The position numbers and the translations under genes were made by a program. A stretch of DNA of 64,000 bases from Chiloscyllium plagiosum (Eukaryota), in the NCBI RefSeq assembly GCF_004010195.1, contig NC_057752.1:15017585-15081584 (forward strand), written 5' to 3'. Below are positions 13,113 through 23,825 of this stretch, in pieces (within the stretch, counting starts at the first letter, position 1; the number at the start of each line of letters is the position of its first letter). The notes under the pieces were generated by a model. The model ran no database searches, was not told the DNA's origin, and was given only the letters and a program-made list of their open reading frames with translations.

Positions 13113-14334
13113 TCTATTCATCTTGCTATCTGTGTCCTCCGTTAGTTTATTCTTTCTGATGCTTTTCTGCTTTGTTTATATTTAGATTGATTTCATTTCC
13201 TGTATACTCCCCCTTTACTAGTTTAAAGTCTTTGTCACCTCTTATTTACTCTTTCTTCTGGGATATGGCTCATGTCCTGGGTCAGGTAGAGCCCATCCCA
13301 TTCGTACAGCTCTTTCCTGTCCTAAATTGGTTGCAATATCCCATAAAAAGAAATTCCTCTTTCCTGATCTGTGCTGTCTAATACCAGTATTTACATGAGG
13401 CTATTACCTTGAAAGTGCTGCTTTTTAATTCAGATCCCAACTCTTAGCACTCCTTGAAAAGTACCTGTTTGTTCTAATGACACTATACTTGTTGGGGTTT
13501 TGAAGAATGACAGGTGAGTTTATTGAAAATACCAAATTCTGAGGGATCTTAATGGGGTAGATGCTGAGAGCATGTTCTCCCTTGTGGGGGTATCTAGAAC
13601 TAGGTGGCATAGTAAGGAGTGCTCCATTTAAGATGGGGCTGCGATGATGTGTCCTGACTCATCATCTGCCTGAAATCTGTCGTTTTTAAAATGTGTTTGC
13701 TAAGTTTCAGCCTTAAGACATTTACTTTGTATCTCCTCAGTTTAAGCAAGAACCCTAGATTAGAGAGAAAAACATAAAATGCTGTAATGCTTGCCAACCA
13801 ATCACTTACCTGTTGCAGGATATAATTCCTTGATTTTTGTTTGGTTCTCTCTCCCACCGCTCCCTTTCTTGGTGGCACTGCCACATTTCTTCCCAGGAAT
13901 TAAACTTATTCATGTAATACCTTGCATGCCTTCAGCAAGTCACAAAGTACTTTACAGCTGGACTTATTTTTGAAATGTAGTTATTGTTGCAATATAAGAA
14001 TCATGTAAGCTCCGAAAATCAGCAATGTAATAAAGGCCAAATTATCTGTTTTTGTTCCTTTACTGAAGGAACGGATATTCCGGGTCAGGGAGCCAAGTCA
14101 TGAGCTATTGACAATTCTCTTGTCTCCAGGCTCCTAATTGCCCCAGCACTGAATGCCTCATCCTTTTAAGTGCCCCTGCTGCTGCTTTTTCAGACAAGTA
14201 CACACAACTTGTTCATTCACATTATGAAGCTCGCTCCATTTCTTTGAACCTGGGCTTATGCAATATCTAAGCATGCAAAAGACCTTGGTCTTGTTAACAG
14301 AAAAATTGCACTTGGCATTGAGTACAGTTTTAGT

Positions 14335-14846
14335 CGCCACATTTCCAAAAGGATATGGGTGCTTTGGCAAGGGTGCAGAGGAGGTTCATGAGGATGTTGC
14401 CTGATGTGGAGGGTGCTAGCTATGAAGAGAGGTTGAGTAGATTCAGATTATTTTCATTAGAAAGACAGAGGTTCAGGGGGACCCGATTGAGATCTACAAA
14501 ATCATGAGAGGGTGGATAGCCAGAAACTTTTTCCCCAGAGAGGGGGCTTCAATTACTCGGGGTCATGAGTTCAAGGTAAGAGGGGTGAAATTTAAGTGAG
14601 ATATACGTGAAAAGTTCTTCACGCAGAGGGTGGTAGGTGCCTGGAACACATTGCCAGCAGAGGTGGAGGAGGTGGGCACGATAGCGTATTTTAAGATGTA
14701 TCTAGACAGATACATGAATGGGCAGGGAGCAAAGGGATACCGATCCTTAGAAAATAGGAGATAGGTTTAGATAGAGGATGTGGATCAGCACAGGCTTGGC
14801 GGGCTGAAGGGCTTGTTCCTGTGCTGTAATTTCCTTTGTTCTTTGT
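14335..14846 (+). mobile_element. CR1 3' end
   Basis: QRRFMRMLP...RGHEFKVRG...FFTQRVVGAWN; 3' UTR and tttgttctttgt tail. Confidence 0.9.
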
Positions 14847-14900
14847 AAGACTTGTCAATGTTGTTCCTTTTTGAATAGTGCCATGAGTTTATTTCAAAGC

Positions 14901-15185
14901 TCGGTGGCTCAGTGGTTAGTACTGTTGCTTCTCAGTGCCAGGGTTCAATTCCACCCTCAGGCGATTGTGTGTGTGGAGTTTGCACATTCTTTCTATGTCT
15001 GGGTACTCCAGTTTTCTCCCACTGTCTAAACATGTGCAGGTTAGGTGGATTGGCCATGGGAATTAGACGATTGCAGGGGTAGCGTAGAGATGTTGGTCTG
15101 GGTGTGGTAATCTTCAGAGAGTCGGGATGGACTCGATGGGCCAAATGGCCTGCTTCTACACTATAGGGATTCTATGATTCCATGA
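14901..15185 (+). mobile_element. HE1-type SINE
   Basis: A box tggctcagtgg, B box ggttcaattcc, CR1-like tail gggattctatgattcc. Confidence 0.85.
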
Positions 15186-16137
15186 AATCCACCCTAGTCA
15201 GTAGGCCCTATATTTAGCATCTGATCTGGAGTGCAGCACTGAAGCATCAGCCTAGATTTTGTACACCAATCTCTTGGATCCACAGGGACAAGAATGTTAC
15301 CAACTGTGAAATGCTGTAGCACGCCTCTTAGCTCAAGAACTTATAAAGATGGTAACAAATGCTAGCTTTCCCACAATATCCCATGAAAGAATAAAAATAG
15401 TTCGGAAACTGTACAGAAAATTTGACTTTGAAAGCAGCAACATTTAATCCAAAAATAAAAGTCCTGCAATGTCTTCTGTTCCTGATTCCACGCCATTCCC
15501 TCTGGTTTCCCCATGGATCTATTCTTGTCCCTGGCCTATTTCTCATGCACATGCTGTCCCTCAGTGGTATTGCCCAAAAGCGAAGTGTTAGTTTTCATAC
15601 GGACGTTGACCACAGCCTGCTCTACCTCACCATCATCTCTATCTCAACCCCTCTACTAGAGTCATACAGCGTGGAAACAGACCCTTCAATCCAACTGGTC
15701 CATGCTGACCAGGTTTTCCAAACTAAATTAGTCCCATTTGCCTGCGATTGGCCCATATCCATGGATAGTTTTCCTATTCATATACCTGTCCAAATATCTT
15801 GTAAATGTTGTAACTGTGCCTGCAGCTACCACTTCCTCTGGCAGTTCATTCCAAATATATACCACCTGCTGTGTGAAAAAGTTGCCACACAGGTCCCTTT
15901 TAAATCTATGCCCTCTCACCTTAAATCTATACCCTCTAGTTTTGGACTCCCCTACCCTCTGGAAAAGACCTTGGTTATTCGTCTTGCCTATTTCTGACAT
16001 GATTTTCTAGACCTCAATAAAAGTCTCAGCTTCTCTTTATAATGTAAACCATCCAGTCTCGGTAACATCCTTGTAAACTTTTTCTGCACCTTTTCCAGTT
16101 TAATAGCATCCTTCCTATAGCAGGGTGACCAGAACTG

Positions 16138-18230
16138 TTGCTGAAAAAGTGCAGCAGGTCAGGCAGCATCCAAGGAACAGGAGAATCGACGTTTTGGGCA
16201 TAAGCCCTTCTTCAGGAATGAGGAGGGTGTGCCAAGCAGGCCAAGATAAAAGGTAGGGAGGAGGGACTTGGGGGAGGGGCATTGGGAATACGATAGGTGG
16301 AAGGAGGTTAAGGTGAGGGTGATAGGCCGGAGTGGGGTTGGGGGTGGAGAGGTCAGGAAGAAGATTGCTGGTCAAGAAGGCGGTGCTGAGTCCGAGGGTT
16401 GGGACTGAGATAAGGTGGGGGGAAGGGAAATGAAGCTGGAGAAATCTGCATTCATCCCTTGTGGTTGGAGGGTTCCTAGGTGGAAGATGAGGCGCTCTTT
16501 CTCCAGGCGTCGTGTTGCCATGCAGGTCCTTGGCGATGGAGGAGGCCAAGGACCTGCATGTCCTTGGCGGAGGGGGAGTTAAAGTGTTCAGCCACGGGGC
16601 AGTTGGGTTGGTTGGTGCGGGTGTCCCAGAGGTGTTCTCTGAAACGTTCCGCAAGTAGGCGGCCCCTCTCCCCAATGTAGAGGAGGCCACATCAGGTGCA
16701 GCGGATGCAGTAAATGACGTGTGTGGAGGTGCAGGTGAATTTGTGACGGATATAGAAGGATCCCTTGGGGCCTTGGAGGGAGGTGAAGGGGGAGGTGTGG
16801 GCGCAAGGTTTGTATTTCTTGCAGTTGCAGGGGAAGGTGCTGGGAGTGGAGGTTGGGTTGGTAGGGGGTGTAAGACCATAAGACCATAAGACATAGGAGT
16901 GGAAGTAAGGCTATTCGGCCCATCAAGTCCACTCCGCCATTTAATCATGGCTGATGGGCATTTCAACTCNNNNNNNNNNNNNNNGGCGGAAATGACGAAT
17001 GTATCTGGAGGTTGGTGGGGTGGTAGGTGAGGACCAGTGGGGTTCTGTCCTGGTGGCGATTGGAGGGGTGGGGTTCAAGGGCAGAGGAGCGGGAAGTGGA
17101 GAAGATGCAATGGAGAGCATCGTTGACCACGTTGGAGGGGAAGTTGCGGTCTTTGAAGAAGGAGGCCATCTGGGTTGTTCGGTATTGGAATTGGTCCTCC
17201 TGGGAGCAGATGCAGCGGAGGCGGAGGAATTGGGAATATGGGATGGCGTTTTTACAGGGGGCAGGGTGGGAGGAGGTGTAATCTAGGTAGGTAGTAAATG
17301 TCTGTATTGAGTCGGTCGCCCGAGATAGAAATGAAGAGGTCTAGGAAGGGGAGGGAGGAGTCTGAGACGGTCCAGGTAAATTTGAGGTCAGGGTGGAAGG
17401 TGTTCGTAAAGTGGATGAACTGTTCAACCTCATGGGAGCACAAGGTAGCGCCAATACAATCATCAATGTAGTGGAGAAAAAGTTGGGGGGGTGGGGCCAG
17501 TGTAGCTGCGGAAGATGGACTGTTCCACATATCCGACGAAGAGGCAGGCATAGCTGGGGCCCATGCGGGTGCCCATGGCTCCTCCTTTCGTTTGGAGGAA
17601 GTGGGAGGATTGGAAAGAGAAGCTGTTCAGAGTGAGGACCAGTTCAGTCAGTCGAAGGAGGGTGTCAGTGGTAGCATGCTGGTTGGTTCGGGAGGAAAGG
17701 AAGAAGCAGAGGGCTTTGAGGCCTTCGTGATGGGGGATGTAGGTGTATAGGGACTGGAGTCCATGGTGAAGATAAGGCGTTGGTGGCCGGGGAAGCGAAA
17801 ATCATGGAGGAGGTGGAGGGCGTGGGTGGTGTCCCGAACGTAGGTGGGGAGTTCTTGGACTAAGGGGGACAGGACAGTGTCGAGGTATGCAGAGATGAGT
17901 TCGGTGGTTGCAGGAGCAGGCTGAGACAATGGGTCGGCCGGGGCAGTCAGGTTTGTGGATTTTAGGCAGGAGGTTGTCTGCTGGTTTGATAGTGAGGTTG
18001 GGGTTGGAACAGAGGGAGTGGAGGGCTGCACGTTCCGAGGGTGAGAGGTTGGAGTGGGTGAGAGGAGTGGACAGGTTGAGGTGGTCAATGTCGCGGCGGC
18101 AGTTGGCTATGAAGAGATCGAGGGCAGGTAGGAGGCCAGCACGGGGTGTCCAGGTGGATGGGGAGTGTTGGAGGCGGGAGAAGGGGTCGTCGGAGGGTGG
18201 CCGAGAATCCTGGTTGAAGAAGTTCCAAGG
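16138..18230 (-). mobile_element. Neptune-type Penelope-like element, 5'-truncated and frameshifted (RT, Cys-rich linker, GIY-YIG, pLTR)
   Basis: LIFTMD, FLHYIDDCIG, FHPDLKFTW...LPFLD, FPCNCKKYKPCAH linker, VIYCIRCT*CGLLYIGE; pLTR HHR at ~16186-16217 with GAAA>AAAA. Confidence 0.9.
16871..16969 (-). mobile_element. CR1 3' tail nested in the PLE, next to an assembly gap
   Basis: (TAAGACCA)n tail plus CR1 3' UTR. Confidence 0.8.
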
Positions 18231-18265
18231 AGCAGTATTCCAAAAGTGGCTTCACCAATGTCTTG

Positions 18266-18378
18266 CCGAAAGTGAGGACTGCATATGCTGGAACTTAGAG
18301 TCGAGAGTGTGATGCTGGAAAAGCACAGCAGGTCAGGCAGCATCCAAGGAGGAGGAAAATCGACATTTCAGGCAAAGG
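18266..18378 (-). mobile_element. Short PLE pLTR+tail insertion, truncated inside the HHR
   Basis: TSD ccaatgtcttg (18255-18265) and ccaatgtattg (18379-18389). Confidence 0.8.
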
Positions 18379-18799
18379 CCAATGTATTGTACAGCCCACG
18401 AGGTACCAACTCCTATACTCAATGCTGTGACCAACGAAGGCAAGTGTGCTAAATGCTGCCTTCACCACCCTTTCTACCTGCAACCTCACTTACAAGGAAC
18501 AATGTATCTGCACCCCTCAGTCTCGCTGTTTGGCAATAATCCCCAGGGCCCTACTATTAACTGTGCAAATTTCATCAGACAATATAATGTCTCTGCTCAA
18601 AAAAGGAGAGAGCACTAAGCCAGCAGACTGGAGATCAGTCAACCTAACATCAGTAGCAGTGAATATGCATAAAATTAATGGGACAAAATTTATAATTCCC
18701 AAGAATGGCATAGATTTTGAAAAGATTAATTTTATCTGACAACTTTATTTATTATATGGAGATTGTATTGATAATGGAGATTGCAATGCGTGTTACAGA

Positions 18800-20470
18800 T
18801 ATTACAAAGATACAGCTATAAGGAGACCAAAATCGGAAACTTAACATTCAGCATATTTGACCTTTTGGAAAGACAGGAGGGTAGGAAGAGGTGATAGGGT
18901 AGCACTGTTAATAAGAGATTAAATGAGAACAGTTATGAGAGATGATCAAAGCTCAGATAATGTAGAATCCATTTGAATGGAGATTTTATTAAAAATCAGC
19001 AAGAGAAAGAAGGCATTGGTATTAGTATATAGACCCCAAATAGTAGCCACATTGTACGAATGTGTATATATCAACAAATAATAGGACCATGCCAAAAAAA
19101 ACAATAATTCTGGGTGACTTTAATCTTCATGTTGATTGGGTTAATCAAGTTGTAAAGGTATGAAAACAAATTCATAGAGTGATTACAGATAATTTCCTAG
19201 AGCAATATGTCATGGAGGTAACTTGGTGGCAGGCTGTCCTGGATCTGGTAATGGTTAATGAGGCAGGTTTAAGGAGAATGTTAAGTTGAAAGGAAAAGCA
19301 TATCAAGAAGCAAAAGTCCATTGATAGTTCAGAAAGTTGGAATAAGAATTCAGTAAAGGAGGACAAAAAGATAATAAAGACAAAGAAAATAAACTTTGAG
19401 GCCAAACTAGTGAGGGATTTAACTGACAATGAGAGCTGCTTTAAATGTGTAATAAGAAAGAGAAAGGTCAAAGTGTGCAAAGGCCCCTTCTGGGGAGATA
19501 GTTACAGGGAACAAAGAAATGACAGAGCAGTCAAACAGATATTTTGCGTCAGTCTTTACAGCGGAAGATACTTCAAACATCCTAGTAATACTAAAGCATG
19601 CAGGGGAGGAATTAAGTACCATCATCATCACTAGATAAATAGTATTAGACATACTAATGGGGCTAAAAGCAGATAAGTCCCTTAGCCCTGATGGCTTGCA
19701 TCCTAAGATCTGAAAAGAAGTTACAACATAGTGGCTGCATTGGTTGCAATTTTCCAAACAAAAATCCTTAGATTCTGGAGAATTACCAGAACATTGGGAA
19801 ACTGTCGAAGTGAAACATCGATTCAAAAATGGAGGAAAGGTACCCAGTCCTGAAGAAAAGGGTTATACCCAAAATGTCGACTTCTGCATCTCCTAATGCT
19901 GCATGGCTTGCTGTGTTCTTCCAGCCTCCTGCCTTCTACTTTGGATTCCAGCAGCTTTTTTTTATCTCTAACCATTTCATTGAAGGCAATTCAGAGAAAG
20001 CTAACTAGCATGATCCCTGGTATGAAGGGATTGTCTTAAAGGCAAAGGGGTAGGGACTCTACTCACTGAAAGAATGAAAGGTGATCTCATTGAAACTTGT
20101 AGGGTTTTTAAGAGACTTGACAGGATAAATGCTGAGAGGATATTCCCGCTCATATCTAGGGTCAGAGGACATAATCTCAAAAAAAGAGGGGGACCAATTT
20201 AAGACCGAGATGAGGAGGAATTTCTTCTCTCAAACGATTGAGAATCTTTGGAACTCTTTGCCATAGAGAGTATGGGGGTAGAGTATTGTATGTATTTAAG
20301 GCTGAGATAGATAGATTCTCGATCAGAAATGAAATCAAGGGTTACTGGGAAAGGGCAAGAAAATGAACGTGATGAGTGTTGGATCAGTCATGATCCTATT
20401 GAAAGGTGGAGCAGGTCCCAGAGGCCGAACAGCCTATTCTTGTTCCGATATTTTATGGTTTTGTTATTGT
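18800..20470 (+). mobile_element. Old, internally deleted CR1 ORF2 and 3' UTR
   Basis: ILGDFNLHVDW, YFASVFTAED, KSLSPDGLHPKI and CR1 3' end motifs. Confidence 0.75.
19846..19973 (+). mobile_element. PLE pLTR/tail with decayed hammerhead (19846-19882)
   Basis: AGTC-CTGAAGA-aaa-gggt(tat)accc-AAAAT-GTC-GACT; helix I AGTC:GACT. Confidence 0.65.
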
Positions 20471-21440
20471 ACTTAGGAATTATCTAAAGGTGTTTGACAG
20501 AGGACTTCAGAGATTAAAATTGAAGCACAATATACGAGAGGAAGTAAGGGAGAATGGATAAGAAGTTGATTAAAGGACAAAAGTACTAGTTAATGAACAT
20601 TTGATTGGACTGAAAGGATGCAAATCGAGATGTCTGTTAGTAGTCGGTGTTGAAACTGTTGTTTTCTCATTATAGATATATGACCTGGACTTGGGTAGAG
20701 GGCCACGTGTTAAATTGACATACAGACTTAGTACAGGTTAACTAGGAAGAGGACAGTTAGTGACTTCAGGAGGTTGTAGGCTGGTTAGTTCATGAATTGG
20801 ACTGATAAGTGTCAAATGTAATTCACTGGAGAAATGTAAGGGAATATATTAGATTGAAGAATAAAGAGCAGGGCTCTATGTTAAATGGTAGAATTTTAAG
20901 AAAAGCAGAGAGACTTCATATTTAGAGATCAAATACAAACTGCTGTTAAAAGGTGCCTGTGAACTAGATTTTATAAGTGACATTGTGGACTGCAGAAAAA
21001 GTTGGGGAGACAGTAGTGGAACTGTGCGCCCTCTGCTCTCATGTTTCCCCATTTCCCACACAGTGGCAGTTCAGAGATAAAGTTCCACACAACGTACATG
21101 GGAAGTGTGTGTGATTCTCTGATGGTTGGGGAAAGCTTCTTGTAGTGAAAGCAGCTGTCATTTAATGAGGCGAGTTGCTATGGGTAGCCTGTTAAAGAGT
21201 CTCCTGGTCAAATAGAGAGGCTATACATCTGGGCCACAATTTACCTGCCCAACTCTGTTGTCAATAACATGAGATGTGTTGAGGGCACAGAGGTGGCACA
21301 AGTTTTTTTTTAATTTTACTTGGTCAGCGTGCAACGTGTATTGGCAGACAATGTGGTTTACAGGGGAGTCAGGGGCTTTCCCATCCTTTCTTGTAATGTT
21401 TTTGCATTCACTCTTTATTGAATGTTCATGTTTATGTCTA

Positions 21441-21578
21441 TGTTTATGCCCTTCCTGAAGAAGGGCTTATGCCCGAAACGTCGATTCTCCTGTTCCTTGG
21501 ATGCTGCCTGACCTGCTGCACTTTTCCAGCAACACATTTTCAGCTCTGATCTCCAGCATTTGCAGCCCTCATTTTCTC
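21441..21578 (+). mobile_element. Single-arm PLE pLTR+tail insertion
   Basis: 14-bp TSD CATGTTTATGTCTA at 21427-21440 and 21579-21592; same pLTR family as 16138-16220. Confidence 0.9.
21453..21484 (+). ncRNA. Minimal hammerhead ribozyme motif, intact core
   Basis: TC-CTGAAGA-a-gggc(ttat)gccc-GAAAC-GTC-GA. Confidence 0.8.
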
Positions 21579-21869
21579 CATGTTTATGTCTAGTATTGTA
21601 TTCTCCATTCAGTGGAATGGGACTGAACTTGCAGGTTTAGCTGGCTCTCTGTTCTTTACATTATGAAGGACACTGTTCAAGATCACTGAGTGAATCTTTG
21701 AAATGTTGTATGTGAACTCAGAACCCTGTAAGGACTCTGCCGGTTAACACATTGGATGTTGCTGACATTGTTCATTCAGTCCTTTGTTTTCTTATCTTAA
21801 CTGACTGCCTTCACCACCAGCCCACCACAGGATGTAAGGTCTATCCCATTTCATTACTCTGACCCAGAA

Positions 21870-22290
21870 TAAGAGACAATCTAACCATTGTCACTTGACA
21901 TTCATGGCATTGCCATTAATGAATCCCCCACTGTCAAATTCCTGGGGGTTACCATTGAAAGAGATTCTAACCATTGCCCCCTTGATGTTCAGTGGTGTTA
22001 CCATCACTGAATCCCCCAACTATTGATATCCTAGGGGTCACCAATGACCAGAAACTGAATTAGCCATATAACTACAACGGCTAAAAGAGCTGATCAGAAG
22101 CCAGGTATCTTGCATGAGTAATTCAGCCCCTGACTGCCCGTAGCCTGTCCATAATCAACACACAAACCAGGAGTGTGATGGAATGCTCCCCATTTGCCTG
22201 GATGAGCACAGCTCCAAAAACTCTAAAGATGATCAACACATTCCAGAACAAAGCAGCCCCCACTTGTTTGGTACCACAACCACAAACGCC
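21870..22290 (+). mobile_element. Post-RT C-terminal fragment of a non-HER1 LINE with ~86-bp tandem duplication
   Basis: PLMFSGVTITESP..ILGVTNDQKLN...RSVMECSPFAWMSTAPKTLK. Confidence 0.6.
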
Positions 22291-23319
22291 CACTGCCTCC
22301 TTTGCATATCCACCCAGTCAAGTCCCCACAAGATCTTATATGTTTCAATTAAGTCACCTCTGATCCTTCTAACTCCAGAGGGTACAAGCCTAGCCCATCT
22401 AGCCTTTCCTCATCAGGTAATGTGCTAATTCCAGGTATTAGTCTAGTAAACCTTCTCTGACTTCCTTAACAATGCATTAAAATCCTTCTGTAAGTTTGGT
22501 GACCAGTCTTGTGCACAGTACTCTAGATGTGGTCTCACCAGTGCCTTGTATAACCGAAGCATAACCCCTCTATTCTTACATTCAATTGTCCTTGCTGTAC
22601 AACATAACATTCTATTAGCTTTCCTGGCTACTTGTTGTGATCTACTTCAGTCCAATGGTTGAGTTTGAGAGTGTTGAGGAGTAAACCTGTCTTTGAAGAA
22701 TGAAAACAACTTTTCCATTGAAGGCTATCGAGGTCCTGTTTATGAAATTTGACTCATGAATTGCACTCCACGCCTACTAGACCTTGGATAATGACTTTTT
22801 GATGTGCAATTTGCAGTGCGTTAGAACACATTTGCTATTTGTGTATTTAGGTTATCTTTACAGAATATCCCTGTTCATCTTGAAAGCGTATTTACAATTG
22901 GTTTATGCCAAAGGACAGTTAACAGACACAACACGATCCAGTAAGGAGACACCGTGGAACCAGCACAGATCAACACAGTACTGTCTGGAATATTCCAAAT
23001 TCTTTAATGATGAGACTGTTACTTCAGAATGATAGCAAGCATTTTATTACAATGTGCAAAATGTTCATCTCCAAAAGGAAAAACTCCTCTACGTGAGTCC
23101 AGTTCAGATCAGATCTGAACATTCAGTAGTGTGTGATGGTGCCAGGCCACCAACATGTTGTATGCATATGATGCTTTCAATATTAAATGTCCCAGCATGC
23201 TTCACATAGACTTGATGTTACTACCCAGTGAGAAGAGGCAAACCAATTCCTTTCCATGTCCCAATTCTCCTCTGGTCCCAATTAGTTTGATTTACCAAAA
23301 AGATGTGATATAAATATAT

Positions 23320-23825
23320 ATGATTAATAATCATCCAGAAAGGAATAAGTTGATTAGGGATAGTCAACACGGTTTTGTGAAGGGTAGATTGTCCCTCTCA
23401 AACCTTATTGAGTTCTTTGAGAAGGTGACCAAACAGGTGGATGAGGGTAAAGCTGTTGATGTGGTGTATATGGATTTCAGTAAGATGTTCGATAAGATTC
23501 TGCATGGTAGGCTATTGCAGAAAATACAGAGGCATGGGACTGAGGGTGATTTAGCGGTTTGGATCAGAAATTGGCTAGCTGAAAGAAGGCAGAGGGTGGT
23601 AGTTGATGCGGTACACCACTAGTAACTGAACTCCAGGATGAATATTTCCCATCAATCACCACCCTGCAACAGTAGTAGAGTCACCAGCTTTAAGTGCATT
23701 TAAATTGTCATTGGATAGACATATGGATGAGAATGGAATAGTGTAGGTTAGATGTGCTTCAGATTGGTTCCACAGGTCGACGCAACATAGAGGGCCGAAG
23801 AGCAGTACAGGCCCTATGTTCTATA
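23320..23825 (+). mobile_element. Rearranged CR1: RT block, short inverted piece, 3' end
   Basis: QHGFVKGRLSLSNLIEFF...YMDFSKMFDK; 23611-23666 is the adjacent RT segment in reverse; tail ctatgttcta. Confidence 0.85.

Larger units (their letters stand above)
13930..15310 (-). mobile_element. Fragmented DeuSINE (SacSINE1/AmnSINE-like) split by later CR1 and HE1 insertions
   Basis: aaagtactttacagc...tgaaatgtagttattgttgcaat; gaatagtgccatgag; agtgcagcactgaagcatcagcctagattttgt, pieces homologous to 56405-56790. Confidence 0.5.
15657..18565 (-). mobile_element. CR1 3' fragment that hosts two PLE insertions
   Basis: 15657-16137, 18231-18265 and 18390-18565 rejoin as contiguous CR1 (...KTLVKPLLEYC..QFWSPCYRKD...RGYRFKVRG). 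Confidence 0.85.

Noticed and set aside
13810..13900. Minus-strand donor cag|gtaagt with short open frames
   Set aside because: No convincing acceptor or recognisable peptide.
16115..16966. 283-aa proline-rich ORF
   Set aside because: Off-frame reading of a C-rich PLE strand plus a CR1 tail.
22851..23092. Candidate exon after gtgtatttag
   Set aside because: Stops in all three frames before the putative donor and no recognisable protein.
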